Of a stretch of 64,000 bases of DNA, positions 28,762 through 37,560 are shown piece by piece. The notes beneath the pieces were generated by a model. It had not been told where the DNA came from. It saw only the letters and a list, made by a program, of their open reading frames with translations, and searched no databases. Origin of the DNA: Enterobacteria phage GiZh; the sequence record NC_054903.1; one strand, given 5' to 3'. The position numbers and the translations under genes were made by a program. Position 1 is the first letter of the stretch, and each line of letters begins with the position of its first letter.

Positions 28762-29508
28762 TTATCCTCGGATAAGTTTAAAAATTGAACAATTTAGCGG
28801 GTATCCTCTTTTCAGTTTAAGTTTATCAATAAAAGACAAGTTTTGATACCGCTCTACACCTTGAATAATTTTATCACACATATCATATTGCATTTCTGCT
28901 TCTGACAACTTTTTCACAATTTTCCAATCCGAGCCTTTAAGAAGAACGTTCAGTTTAACAACTTCAGCGCCTTCTGCTATGCGAGAACCATCAATACGAG
29001 CTTTAAGTGCTATAATCCTTAGCTTAATGTCAGAGGTCTGTTTTGATTTAGAAAGCTGAGAAATATGTTCAATTCGATTTTCACGCTTTTTCTGTATAGC
29101 TTTAATTTGATTATAAGTCTTTTTGATTTTAGCCCATTTCTTTTCATCTAAATTTAGTTTATGAACTTTTTTCGCAGATGAACGACCAATTCGCAAAGCA
29201 AATAAATCCCGTTTTTCAATCAACTCTTCTAAAGTATAATCAGAACGAAATGTATTATACTTTTTCTTTACTGCAATAACATTCCCTTTAATGTATCCAA
29301 TGTTATTATCAAAACGTTCTAATGATAATTTCTCTCCTTCAATACGATTATCAAAAGGTTCTCCCGAGTAAGCACAAACTTTTTGATCTAAAATGTTCTT
29401 AATGTAATTGAAGTCTAAGTTAAAATCTTTAGAACGTCTTTTTGCAGATGCCTGAGTATGCTCTAAACGACGTTTAATTTTACGAATTTGGTTATTAGAC
29501 AGCTTCAT
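28762..29508 (-). CDS. srd: basic protein (248 aa), Srd-like by position
   Basis: Lys/Arg-rich; located between dda and modA/modB. Confidence 0.4.
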   Translation of the reverse strand: MKLSNNQIRKIKRRLEHTQASAKRRSKDFNLDFNYIKNILDQKVCAYSGEPFDNRIEGEKLSLERFDNNIGYIKGNVIAVKKKYNTFRSDYTLEELIEKRDLFALRIGRSSAKKVHKLNLDEKKWAKIKKTYNQIKAIQKKRENRIEHISQLSKSKQTSDIKLRIIALKARIDGSRIAEGAEVVKLNVLLKGSDWKIVKKLSEAEMQYDMCDKIIQGVERYQNLSFIDKLKLKRGYPLNCSIFKLIRG

Positions 29509-29631
29509 ATTTTTCTCACATCTTACGGACGGTTAACTACTTATACTATAACATTTTTACTTTAACTTGTAAACAACTTTATGTAAAAATGCTTTAAAAA
29601 TTTCATGGTATAATGAATCTAAGTCCTTCCA

Positions 29632-30234
29632 TTATAGATTAAATCCTTCAAAATCAAGAGTATAGATAGTGTATGTTGAATACTTTTTGTACTCATATCT
29701 ATCTGCAATTCTAAATACACTTCCAGCTGGTATCATTACTTCTTGTTCATCTGAAACTAATTCCATATTACGATAACGATGGCTATCCGGAAACTTAAAG
29801 TTTGGATTGTATTCTTTACAGCGTAGAGCTTTTATAGCATACTCCTGGAAATTGAATACCATAGGAGCTTTGAATTCAAAAATAACTTGTGTGTTATACT
29901 CTAAACCGGAAGCAAAATGTAGAGCTATATTTTTATCATATGAAGCTGATACGACTTTATCAAATGTAATAATATCAATTCCTTGATTTAATACTTGCTT
30001 AGTCTCAGCTGGAACACCTCTCCAAAGAGGTTTATCGTTTGGAACCAAACGAGATTTGATTATTTCATTTAACCAAGTATGGTCATCTGGTTTATTAGTA
30101 ATACAATGAATTAAAAGTTCAATTTCAGATAAATTAAACCCTTCAGAAAGTAATTCTTCACGAATAGAAGCACGCACCGATGCATCCATTGATTTTATTT
30201 TAAAATCTTTTAGTTGCATTACTGAGTATTTCAT
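29632..30234 (-). CDS. modA: ADP-ribosyltransferase ModA-like
   Basis: 200 aa; adjacent paralogous 207-aa gene; R...S...E pattern. Confidence 0.6.
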   Translation of the reverse strand: MKYSVMQLKDFKIKSMDASVRASIREELLSEGFNLSEIELLIHCITNKPDDHTWLNEIIKSRLVPNDKPLWRGVPAETKQVLNQGIDIITFDKVVSASYDKNIALHFASGLEYNTQVIFEFKAPMVFNFQEYAIKALRCKEYNPNFKFPDSHRYRNMELVSDEQEVMIPAGSVFRIADRYEYKKYSTYTIYTLDFEGFNL

Positions 30235-30854
30235 TCAACTACCTCAATATCATAAACTTTAAATGTTCCAAATGAATCGTGTAATTTTTCTTTTGAAATA
30301 GAAGTTATTCTATACTTTCCAATTGGAATCATCCATTCTTGTTCATGTACAATCATCATTAAGTTATCAGTTCTTTCTGAATCTAACCCATCAGTATCTT
30401 CATACGTGTACTTAAACTCAGTATTAGGAGAAGAAAGTATAATATCGCTGATATGGTCAGAATAATTAAAAGCTTTATCAGTTTTTAAGCGAAGTACTAT
30501 TTCAGTGAAATATTCATCATAAGAAAAAGAACACGCTGTATGCAAACTAGTAGTAAATGAATCTACCCTGTTCGTTGAAAACACTTCTCCAACTTGCAAA
30601 TCTTTAATAAGTTCTTTTGTCGATTTTGATATACCACGATATAATTGATAAGGCGATTTAGTTAAATGCTTTTTAATGATTTTATTCAACTGTCTGTGAA
30701 GAGCTTCATTCTTTTTGGCTTCCATACATTGCCAAAGAACAGACTGCTCAAAGTCAGTAAATTTTTCACAGACTTTTTTATACATATCATATTGAAAATC
30801 AACGCTTTCAGCTTTTATAGATAACTGTTCAACATCTACAGGATTAATAATCAT
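30231..30854 (-). CDS. modB: ADP-ribosyltransferase ModB-like
   Basis: 207 aa; tandem with modA. Confidence 0.6.
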   Translation of the reverse strand: MIINPVDVEQLSIKAESVDFQYDMYKKVCEKFTDFEQSVLWQCMEAKKNEALHRQLNKIIKKHLTKSPYQLYRGISKSTKELIKDLQVGEVFSTNRVDSFTTSLHTACSFSYDEYFTEIVLRLKTDKAFNYSDHISDIILSSPNTEFKYTYEDTDGLDSERTDNLMMIVHEQEWMIPIGKYRITSISKEKLHDSFGTFKVYDIEVVE

Positions 30855-30921
30855 GATAGCCTCCGTATACTTCAGAAGCTATCATATCATCGTTAGAAAG
30901 GAAAGTAAACAACTTTTTGAA

Positions 30922-31104
30922 TTATTTTGCCCAGGGAGCCCAAGGCGGAGGGTCAAGATGGTATGAAGCTAGTTCTTCTAGAAGAGCATCTGGGGCTTCA
31001 ATTCCATAATTCTGTAATACTATACGGTACTCTTTCTTATAATCACTAGAATCATTCTGGTTATTCGTAGAATGATTATCTTCTAACATCTCAAATAAAT
31101 CCAT
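30922..31104 (-). CDS. hypothetical protein (60 aa)
   Basis: ORF. Confidence 0.4.
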   Translation of the reverse strand: MDLFEMLEDNHSTNNQNDSSDYKKEYRIVLQNYGIEAPDALLEELASYHLDPPPWAPWAK

Positions 31105-31112
31105 ATTAATTC

Positions 31113-31583
31113 CTAGCGATAAAAACCAAAGTGACGATTAGCTTCAATGATCTTTCTTTCTTCTTCGGACATTCTCCAGCGTAGTCCAACATCAAAATGA
31201 GCCCAGACCATCCTAACAAATGCATTTATATCTTTAATATCTTCAATAATGAATGTTTTACTTTTAGAAGGTTGACTCGCTAATTTAACTTTATCGTCTT
31301 CAAACATGTCAAAAAGACCATATTCATGAGCTCTTTTATAGCCTTTAATAGTTAAAGCTTCAGAAGAAGAAAATGGTGAATCTGTATTCTGCAAAATATC
31401 TTCAGTATGCTTTATAATTAGAATAACATTTTCTGGATATTTTCTTTCTTTTATATCTTTAATTAAAATATCCGGATTTTCTGCTAAAGGAATAATTAAC
31501 GAGCATTTTTTATCAAGTGTATTTACTGATTTACCTTCTTTAGACATAAATTCTATTGAATATAATTTTGCTACTTCAATCAT
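31113..31583 (-). CDS. hypothetical protein (156 aa)
   Basis: ORF. Confidence 0.55.
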   Translation of the reverse strand: MIEVAKLYSIEFMSKEGKSVNTLDKKCSLIIPLAENPDILIKDIKERKYPENVILIIKHTEDILQNTDSPFSSSEALTIKGYKRAHEYGLFDMFEDDKVKLASQPSKSKTFIIEDIKDINAFVRMVWAHFDVGLRWRMSEEERKIIEANRHFGFYR

Positions 31584-31740
31584 GTGATTTCCTTTTGCCT
31601 ACTAATGGACCGTCAGGAATTTTGTTTTCCTGAATGTATTTCTCATTTTCTTCCATCATTTTACTACCGATTTTAAGAAGCAAATCCATTGCTTCATTTG
31701 CTTTAGCCTTTGCCTCTTCTAACGTCATATCTTTGGTCAT
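31576..31740 (-). CDS. small hypothetical protein (54 aa)
   Basis: ORF overlapping neighbours by a few nt; below ORF-track cut-off. Confidence 0.35.
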   Translation of the reverse strand: MTKDMTLEEAKAKANEAMDLLLKIGSKMMEENEKYIQENKIPDGPLVGKRKSHD

Positions 31741-31940
31741 GATTTATCACCATAGATGTCTCTCATCAATTTAAGCGCTGAGCGTTCTAATTTCTTTTCT
31801 TTCTCAGCACTAATCATTGATTTCATCCATTCTTCTGACTCGTTCTGTATTTCTTTATTTGCCTGTTCAACCCAACCATCATCAATATACATTGAGTTTG
31901 GTCTATTGAACCATTCAAGCATTTTCTTCAGAACTTTCAT
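31737..31940 (-). CDS. hypothetical protein (67 aa)
   Basis: ORF. Confidence 0.45.
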   Translation of the reverse strand: MKVLKKMLEWFNRPNSMYIDDGWVEQANKEIQNESEEWMKSMISAEKEKKLERSALKLMRDIYGDKS

Positions 31941-32400
31941 TTGTTTTACCTAAAACAATAGTAGGAGCATCGTCAAATTCATGAATTTTTAGCAATTTTG
32001 GATTTAAATTATTCCATACATAATAAATAAAGTATGATAAAGCATCTTCACTCGCAATTATAAATTTATTTCCTTCATTTATTTTCCAGTCATATACTGA
32101 ATCGTACGAATAAAAAGATAAAGGATTACCATTATATTGTTCTGCGCTAACATTAATGTATTCGGATTTAGTAAATGCTTCAATTGCTCTAAACGGACTA
32201 TTTGGCACAGTTTCAATAATTCCGATCTTTTTAAGTTTTATTTCAACATCTTCTGGAACTGGCATTGAAACGAAATTTTCTACGAGATACATAGGGTTAC
32301 AATAACCCTTATCAATCACTACGGCTACAGTAATTGGAACATCTTTAGCAAACGACATGCTATTACTGCTAATATACATTTCAAACAAAATCGCTTCCAT
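31915..32400 (-). CDS. mrh: hypothetical protein (161 aa), Mrh-like by size and position
   Basis: start at ATG with GAGGAAAA RBS gives 161 aa. Confidence 0.4.
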   Translation of the reverse strand: MEAILFEMYISSNSMSFAKDVPITVAVVIDKGYCNPMYLVENFVSMPVPEDVEIKLKKIGIIETVPNSPFRAIEAFTKSEYINVSAEQYNGNPLSFYSYDSVYDWKINEGNKFIIASEDALSYFIYYVWNNLNPKLLKIHEFDDAPTIVLGKTNESSEENA

Positions 32401-32408
32401 AATTTTCC

Positions 32409-32750
32409 TCAATCACAAGATGTAGATGAACAACTAGAATCACAAGAACTTCCACATGAATCACCTGCCCATACATGAACAGGAACATTGGTGTCATATG
32501 AATCAGAACTAGACTGTGTATTCTGTGCATTAGATGATGTAGTAGGTACTGACCAGCGCCAAGGATTTTTATAATATTCTTGGGCTTCTTCATAAGTCAT
32601 AGTAACTGCTTCTACTGTTCCATCTCCCATATAAACATATTCAACTACAGTTAAAGGAAGATAGTCATTTGAAATAGGAACTACACCTTCTCCCGGAGTT
32701 GTAGAGAAAAAATCTGTAAAGAAATTTTTAAACCAATTAAAGATAAACAT
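32409..32750 (-). CDS. hypothetical protein with Cys/Ser-rich C-terminal tail (113 aa)
   Basis: C-terminus [18 protein letters not shown]. Confidence 0.55.
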   Translation of the reverse strand: MFIFNWFKNFFTDFFSTTPGEGVVPISNDYLPLTVVEYVYMGDGTVEAVTMTYEEAQEYYKNPWRWSVPTTSSNAQNTQSSSDSYDTNVPVHVWAGDSCGSSCDSSCSSTSCD

Positions 32751-32962
32751 TACAAAAAGCCTCTTTGAAATTCGACTCTTTGAAATCCACCCCAGTCAGT
32801 ATATCGCATTTCAGCATTGAACTCGACTGAACCATCTGCATGCATCATGAATGAATGCGTGACGACATCACAATCCCAGCTTTTCATACCCCATTTATCA
32901 GAGATAGCTTTATCAAGAACCTTCTGAAGGTCTTCATTTGGTTTAATCCAACGATTTAACAT
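32750..32962 (-). CDS. hypothetical protein (70 aa)
   Basis: ORF. Confidence 0.5.
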   Translation of the reverse strand: MLNRWIKPNEDLQKVLDKAISDKWGMKSWDCDVVTHSFMMHADGSVEFNAEMRYTDWGGFQRVEFQRGFL

Positions 32963-33060
32963 AGTGTTCTCCTCTATAAGATATTTTTATTATACCACAC
33001 TCATTTTGACATGTAAACCATAAAATGAAAAAAGGAATCCCGAAGGATTCCTTAAATTAT

Positions 33061-33318
33061 TTAACCACCTACACCAGGTGTAGGTGTAACAGTCCAAAGA
33101 CCTTCATTAGCAGTGATCCATTCAGTACGCTGATTTTCTTCATATACTGTAGAATATGCTGCTTTTTCAGAAGGGAATGTCTGATAATGAGCACCAGAAA
33201 TTTTGTGAACATCAGAATAAAGAGGGAAAGCTACAGAAATTTCTTTACCCTGAATTGTACCACCATCAACTGCTTGGTCAAATGTTTTGATATTAACATA
33301 ACCGCGAGTACTAGCCAT
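33061..33318 (-). CDS. soc: small outer capsid protein Soc
   Basis: sequence recognised (MASTRGYVNIKTF...AFPLYSDVHKISGAHYQTF); 85 aa vs 80 in T4. Confidence 0.85.
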   Translation of the reverse strand: MASTRGYVNIKTFDQAVDGGTIQGKEISVAFPLYSDVHKISGAHYQTFPSEKAAYSTVYEENQRTEWITANEGLWTVTPTPGVGG

Positions 33319-33334
33319 GTAATTCTCCTTTTAT

Positions 33335-33544
33335 TTAAATTACATGATTATTTATAATAAATTCTCGCGGAACGTTAAAATACCCGATTTTAGTTAATAT
33401 AACAACATCGCCGTTAATAATTACCGGAGAATAATCTTCTGGAGCATTAAATTTCCAATGGGCTCTAATATTATATCCATCAGAACCAAATGCTCGCGTA
33501 GCTGGTCTCCCAGCTTTTTGCCATGCGTAGAAATCAAATTTCAT
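33335..33544 (-). CDS. hypothetical protein (69 aa)
   Basis: ORF between soc and 56. Confidence 0.5.
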   Translation of the reverse strand: MKFDFYAWQKAGRPATRAFGSDGYNIRAHWKFNAPEDYSPVIINGDVVILTKIGYFNVPREFIINNHVI

Positions 33545-33735
33545 TTTGAATGCTCTATAATTAATTTTAAAGCTTCTTCACTGACAAAAATTTCGTCAGG
33601 ACCTTCTATAACTTCAACCATACGAAGTTGATTAGTTAAGAGCTCACATACGAGCTCCTTGTTATAATCTTTAAATAGCTGGTCAATACGTTTCTTATGG
33701 GCTTTCTTGAGCTGACGCTTATTTAAACGAGCCAT
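33541..33735 (-). CDS. hypothetical protein (64 aa)
   Basis: ORF. Confidence 0.5.
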   Translation of the reverse strand: MARLNKRQLKKAHKKRIDQLFKDYNKELVCELLTNQLRMVEVIEGPDEIFVSEEALKLIIEHSK

Positions 33736-34253
33736 TAATAACCTCGGTCTTGACGAGCGAAGTTTTCAGCATTTTTCAGATAATAAAGTTTAAATATTTC
33801 TTCAGCTGACATTCCAAGAGCAATGAATTTATTCATGAAAAAGTGAAATTGATCAATCAGTTCAAATTTAATTTCAAGCTGATCTTCAGGAGATAAATCT
33901 TGAATTTTCTTGGATTGCATTTCAGAATAACGTTTCTTCCAAGGTTTCCATACAGCAGAAGCTTCTTTTTCGCCATTACTCATACCACCGAGAGAAGTAT
34001 ATAGCTCGCGAGTTTCGTCTGCGATATAATCGTCTTGGTTTCGCAACCAAGCAAGAACTTCTCCCGCAGTTTCAAGTGAATCAGGATGACGATTTGTTTC
34101 TGGTTTATCATTAGCCAAACGAATCTGTAAATGCCGCTGCATGTCAAGCATAACCTGCAGTGGGTCAATATTGTGCATAATATTCTCAGCATATGCACGA
34201 TTTGCTTTATCAACACCTTCGATCAAATGAGCACATTCATTAAAGTAAGCCAT
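33735..34253 (-). CDS. 56: dCTPase/dUTPase gp56 (MazG-like)
   Basis: 171 aa from ATG 34253 with RBS (ORF-track N-terminal extension not used); same length as T4 gp56. Confidence 0.8.
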   Translation of the reverse strand: MAYFNECAHLIEGVDKANRAYAENIMHNIDPLQVMLDMQRHLQIRLANDKPETNRHPDSLETAGEVLAWLRNQDDYIADETRELYTSLGGMSNGEKEASAVWKPWKKRYSEMQSKKIQDLSPEDQLEIKFELIDQFHFFMNKFIALGMSAEEIFKLYYLKNAENFARQDRGY

Positions 34254-34324
34254 TATTTTTCCTTTCAATTCATGGGTTAGTAGATTAATTATACAATAAA
34301 TATATAAAGCAATAAGGAGGACAT

Positions 34325-34525
34325 ATGGTACAAAAATTAATGGCACTTGTTAATGCCATCAAAGGTAATAAGAAACGTATAGCTTTTACTATTTCTGCTA
34401 TGGTAGGAATTTTACTCTGGAACTTTATTTTATCACCAATTGCAATTGCACATGGTGTTAATATTCCAGTAGTTACTCTTGATACATTTGTAGATTTAGC
34501 ATTTGCTTTAGTTGGGTTAATTTAA
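34325..34525 (+). CDS. small two-helix membrane protein (66 aa), the only + strand ORF in the early region
   Basis: perfect SD AAGGAGG 5 nt before ATG; hydrophobic; stop overlaps gene 61 stop on opposite strand. Confidence 0.5.
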   Translation: MVQKLMALVNAIKGNKKRIAFTISAMVGILLWNFILSPIAIAHGVNIPVVTLDTFVDLAFALVGLI

Positions 34526-35550
34526 ATCTTAGCATATTTAGATAACCGCATTTTAGCCATCAACCCCTGGGCAATATTATTTTTCATATATTCCATAATT
34601 TGTTCAGGGGTTGCACCTTCCTTTCTAATCATATCATTAACATCTTTTGATTTCCAGGGAGATTTATCCCAAAACATAACCCTTTCTCCTGCATCAACTA
34701 ATTTAGTCATTCGCTTAATAGTGTCAGGATGACGAGGTTCATTATCTAAGACCCACACACGCCTATCTTTAAATGGAACAACTTCTAGGTCTAATTGACC
34801 ACCCGTAATAGCTATACCATTTTCAATAAAAAGTGAATCTATAGGTCCTTCTAAAACATATACATCACCATCTTTAACTCGTTCGACTCCATATATTTTT
34901 GTTGCCTCAGGATAAGCTTTGATGGTGATATATTTTTGAGGAGCATCTTTCTTTAATGCACGTCCTTGAAAAGACTCAGCTTTTCCATTAGCATTATAAA
35001 TTGGAATAACAAGACGAGGCTCAGAAATTTCCTTTTTGTATGTTCCCGGTGCTATGCTATTAACTAATTTAGGCCATTCAGTTGTAAACCAAAGATATTT
35101 CCATTTATCCTTTGGAATACAACGAGCTTTTACATATTTTATAATTGCATGGTCTTCCGCCAGTTTATCTAATCGAACACATGACGGAAGAGATTTAATT
35201 ATTTTCTTCTCAGGTTGTTTAGGAAGTTCTTTAGGTTTTTCTACTGGACGACTTTTACCTTTTTCTTTTCTTATTTCAAAGATATACTCACGATATAAAT
35301 CAGGTTCAAACTCCTTTAAATATATTCCGATTGGTGCATGATAGTTACAGTTATAACAATGAATATTTCCTTCATTATTATCACCATAATACCATCCACG
35401 AGCTTTATTCTGGTCGGTTTTTGAATCTCCACAAACAGGACATCTAAACCGTAATTTAAAAGTTGAACTATTATTTACTTGTGTGAATTTAGGTAAATGA
35501 GCTAATGCACGGTATGCAAACTCATTATCAATCCAAGGTATTGATGACAT
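34522..35550 (-). CDS. 61: DNA primase gp61
   Basis: 342 aa, same as T4 gp61; N-terminal zinc ribbon CPVCGDSK...CYNC and TOPRIM region. Confidence 0.9.
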   Translation of the reverse strand: MSSIPWIDNEFAYRALAHLPKFTQVNNSSTFKLRFRCPVCGDSKTDQNKARGWYYGDNNEGNIHCYNCNYHAPIGIYLKEFEPDLYREYIFEIRKEKGKSRPVEKPKELPKQPEKKIIKSLPSCVRLDKLAEDHAIIKYVKARCIPKDKWKYLWFTTEWPKLVNSIAPGTYKKEISEPRLVIPIYNANGKAESFQGRALKKDAPQKYITIKAYPEATKIYGVERVKDGDVYVLEGPIDSLFIENGIAITGGQLDLEVVPFKDRRVWVLDNEPRHPDTIKRMTKLVDAGERVMFWDKSPWKSKDVNDMIRKEGATPEQIMEYMKNNIAQGLMAKMRLSKYAKI

Positions 35551-35713
35551 TTTTACTCTTCTTTTTCTTTAGATTCCTCTTTTTTTTAGGAATCTGTTCA
35601 GGACCTTTATTTACTACAGCGCCTGATGTTGTTCCAGTAGAGATATTTTCAGGATTACCACCTGAATCTCCAGCTACCATATCTTCTTTAATAAATTCTT
35701 TATATGTTTTCAT
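35528..35713 (-). CDS. hypothetical basic protein (61 aa)
   Basis: ORF overlapping gene 61 start by 23 nt. Confidence 0.4.
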   Translation of the reverse strand: MKTYKEFIKEDMVAGDSGGNPENISTGTTSGAVVNKGPEQIPKKKRNLKKKKSKNVINTLD

Positions 35714-35760
35714 ATTAACCTCTATTCATAAAAGCATTAAAAATTTGGTCATCAATAGAT
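35711..35760. repeat. ~50-bp direct repeat copy 1 (3' end of 118-aa gene and downstream)
   Basis: about 48/51 identical to 36069..36118. Confidence 0.8.
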
Positions 35761-36071
35761 GGAATAGCAACCTTTTCGGCATCATTTAGCAAATCATTAA
35801 TTTCATCAGATAGCATAACACATGTGCCTTTATTTCCTGTAATTGTTACTGCGCAATTACGAACGTTTTCTTTATCAAATTTTAGGTTAATATTTTCGTA
35901 GTGAAAATCCTTTAATGCCGAATATATCTTTAAAATGAAATTGTCTTTTACTACAATAAACCCAACCTCACTATTAAAACGCGGTTCATGGAAACTGTAA
36001 TAAACCTTTTCATCTATAAAATCGTATGAAATTTTTTCCATTTTTAAATATGAAAATTCAGAACTATACAT
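35715..36071 (-). CDS. hypothetical protein (118 aa), one copy of a repeated domain
   Basis: homologous to C-terminal half of the neighbouring 210-aa protein; ends DDQIFNAFMNRG. Confidence 0.5.
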   Translation of the reverse strand: MYSSEFSYLKMEKISYDFIDEKVYYSFHEPRFNSEVGFIVVKDNFILKIYSALKDFHYENINLKFDKENVRNCAVTITGNKGTCVMLSDEINDLLNDAEKVAIPSIDDQIFNAFMNRG

Positions 36072-36118
36072 ATTAACCTTTATTCATAAAAGCATTAAAA
36101 ATTTGATCGTCAATAGAA
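36069..36118. repeat. ~50-bp direct repeat copy 2
   Basis: matches 35711..35760. Confidence 0.8.
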
Positions 36119-36705
36119 ACTTTTACTTTAGGCTGTTCTTCAAACGGTAATTCATATCCACATATTACAATTTTGTGATCGATACCAAAATACACAGAAG
36201 CAATATTATTAATATTATTTTCAGTGAAATCTAAATCAACATCAATATCTTTTTGACTAACGCTCAAAGGATAATTAATACGAATAATTCGATTATCTTT
36301 AACAAAGATTCCACCGACATACTCTGTGCTGCGTTTAAAGTTTACACGTTTCCTAAATGAAAAATATTCAGGTTCTTTATGCGCTCGACTCATAGGGCTT
36401 AAAGTGTATTCCGAATATGAAATATCAAATCCTACACCTTCAATATGAGCCAAAGTGTCATGATTAAACCAATTATAATCGTATGCCAAATCCATTAAAT
36501 TGTAATATGTGAAAGGCACCGGATTAACATCATATGTTGTACCTTTAAAATCTGCCCAGGCAACGATTTCGTTATCTTTAACAATTACAAAAATTGTGCC
36601 AATAAGATATCCACGGTTATTTTCATCAGGTGTTATATTATAACATTGTGCATCAGGAAATTTACCGTATTTAAACGGTGGATTTTTGTGCATATAATAA
36701 ATCAT
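36073..36705 (-). CDS. hypothetical protein (210 aa) with internal domain duplication; positional equivalent of T4 61.2
   Basis: two (F/I)VKDN-containing repeats; ends DDQIFNAFMNKG. Confidence 0.55.
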   Translation of the reverse strand: MIYYMHKNPPFKYGKFPDAQCYNITPDENNRGYLIGTIFVIVKDNEIVAWADFKGTTYDVNPVPFTYYNLMDLAYDYNWFNHDTLAHIEGVGFDISYSEYTLSPMSRAHKEPEYFSFRKRVNFKRSTEYVGGIFVKDNRIIRINYPLSVSQKDIDVDLDFTENNINNIASVYFGIDHKIVICGYELPFEEQPKVKVSIDDQIFNAFMNKG

Positions 36706-36706
36706 A

Positions 36707-37000
36707 TTATTCGCCTGTGATTTCGGTTACGATATTTTTGTTATTAAAGTTTTTATCGCAATACAGAACATAATTATACTGCATTACACCACCAGACTTA
36801 AGCTGTTTTTGTACTTCAGCTTTCATTTCAGGACGATCGCGCTCAACGATATTCATAATATCCGCTTCAATTTGAGTTTCAACTTCAGTCTGATCTGCAG
36901 TCATAGACCATTCACACAAATCTTTATCATAGCCTGCCATAGCAGGCTGAGCAGCACAAGAAGCCAAAGTAAAAATTGTAGCAAAAATAAATTTTTTCAT
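36707..37000 (-). CDS. sp: Spackle (Sp), periplasmic superinfection-exclusion / lysozyme-inhibitor protein
   Basis: 97 aa with signal peptide; same length and position as T4 sp. Confidence 0.8.
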   Translation of the reverse strand: MKKFIFATIFTLASCAAQPAMAGYDKDLCEWSMTADQTEVETQIEADIMNIVERDRPEMKAEVQKQLKSGGVMQYNYVLYCDKNFNNKNIVTEITGE

Positions 37001-37060
37001 GATAATCTCCTCAGTAGTTTATGTTTATATAGTATCTCAATTTCCAACAAAAGTAAACAG

Positions 37061-37318
37061 CTATTTTAAAACTTCTGCGTAATCACATGTTACAAACTGT
37101 TTCTCTAGCTTAACGATTTTACGAAAATGCCTTTTACACTGACGAATCTGCCTCTTCGTAGGACGTACAACAAACTTAATAAATTCCACTCGACCAAATG
37201 GAGGACTTTCTTCTGCTGGAATATCTAACACCAATTCCCATGTATCCGCAATAAGCGCTTTGAATTGCGTATTTTTCCTGACGTTATACGGAGTAGGTTT
37301 AAATAAAACAATATGCAT
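37061..37318 (-). CDS. hypothetical basic protein (85 aa), positional equivalent of T4 61.4
   Basis: immediately upstream of dmd. Confidence 0.5.
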   Translation of the reverse strand: MHIVLFKPTPYNVRKNTQFKALIADTWELVLDIPAEESPPFGRVEFIKFVVRPTKRQIRQCKRHFRKIVKLEKQFVTCDYAEVLK

Positions 37319-37319
37319 A

Positions 37320-37502
37320 TTATCCTCGGCAATCTACTTCACATACTTTCTTGTCATCAATGAAAGCTTTAACTAATGCTTTATTAACTTCAGCATATTG
37401 AGTAGTAGCCCATTGAACGTCATCTTTCATCATTGTGATTTCTTTAGTAAACATGCTTTCATTCTTAAACCACCCCATAAAAACTACCTTTACCAATTCC
37501 AT
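37320..37502 (-). CDS. dmd: Dmd, inhibitor of host RnlA/LsoA toxins
   Basis: 60 aa; sequence recognised. Confidence 0.85.
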   Translation of the reverse strand: MELVKVVFMGWFKNESMFTKEITMMKDDVQWATTQYAEVNKALVKAFIDDKKVCEVDCRG

Positions 37503-37560
37503 AACAATCTCCTCATTTAACCAACAAGACTACTATACCATAGTCTTGTCAGCTTGTAAA

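Noticed and set aside
29611-29619. Extended -10 (TGGTATAAT) on the + strand upstream of modA
   Set aside because: No + strand ORF follows; it is the reverse complement of part of the - strand leader and is probably incidental.
32381-32593. 70-aa ORF overlapping the Cys-rich-tail gene
   Set aside because: Alternative frame of the same region, His/Leu-rich low complexity, no RBS.
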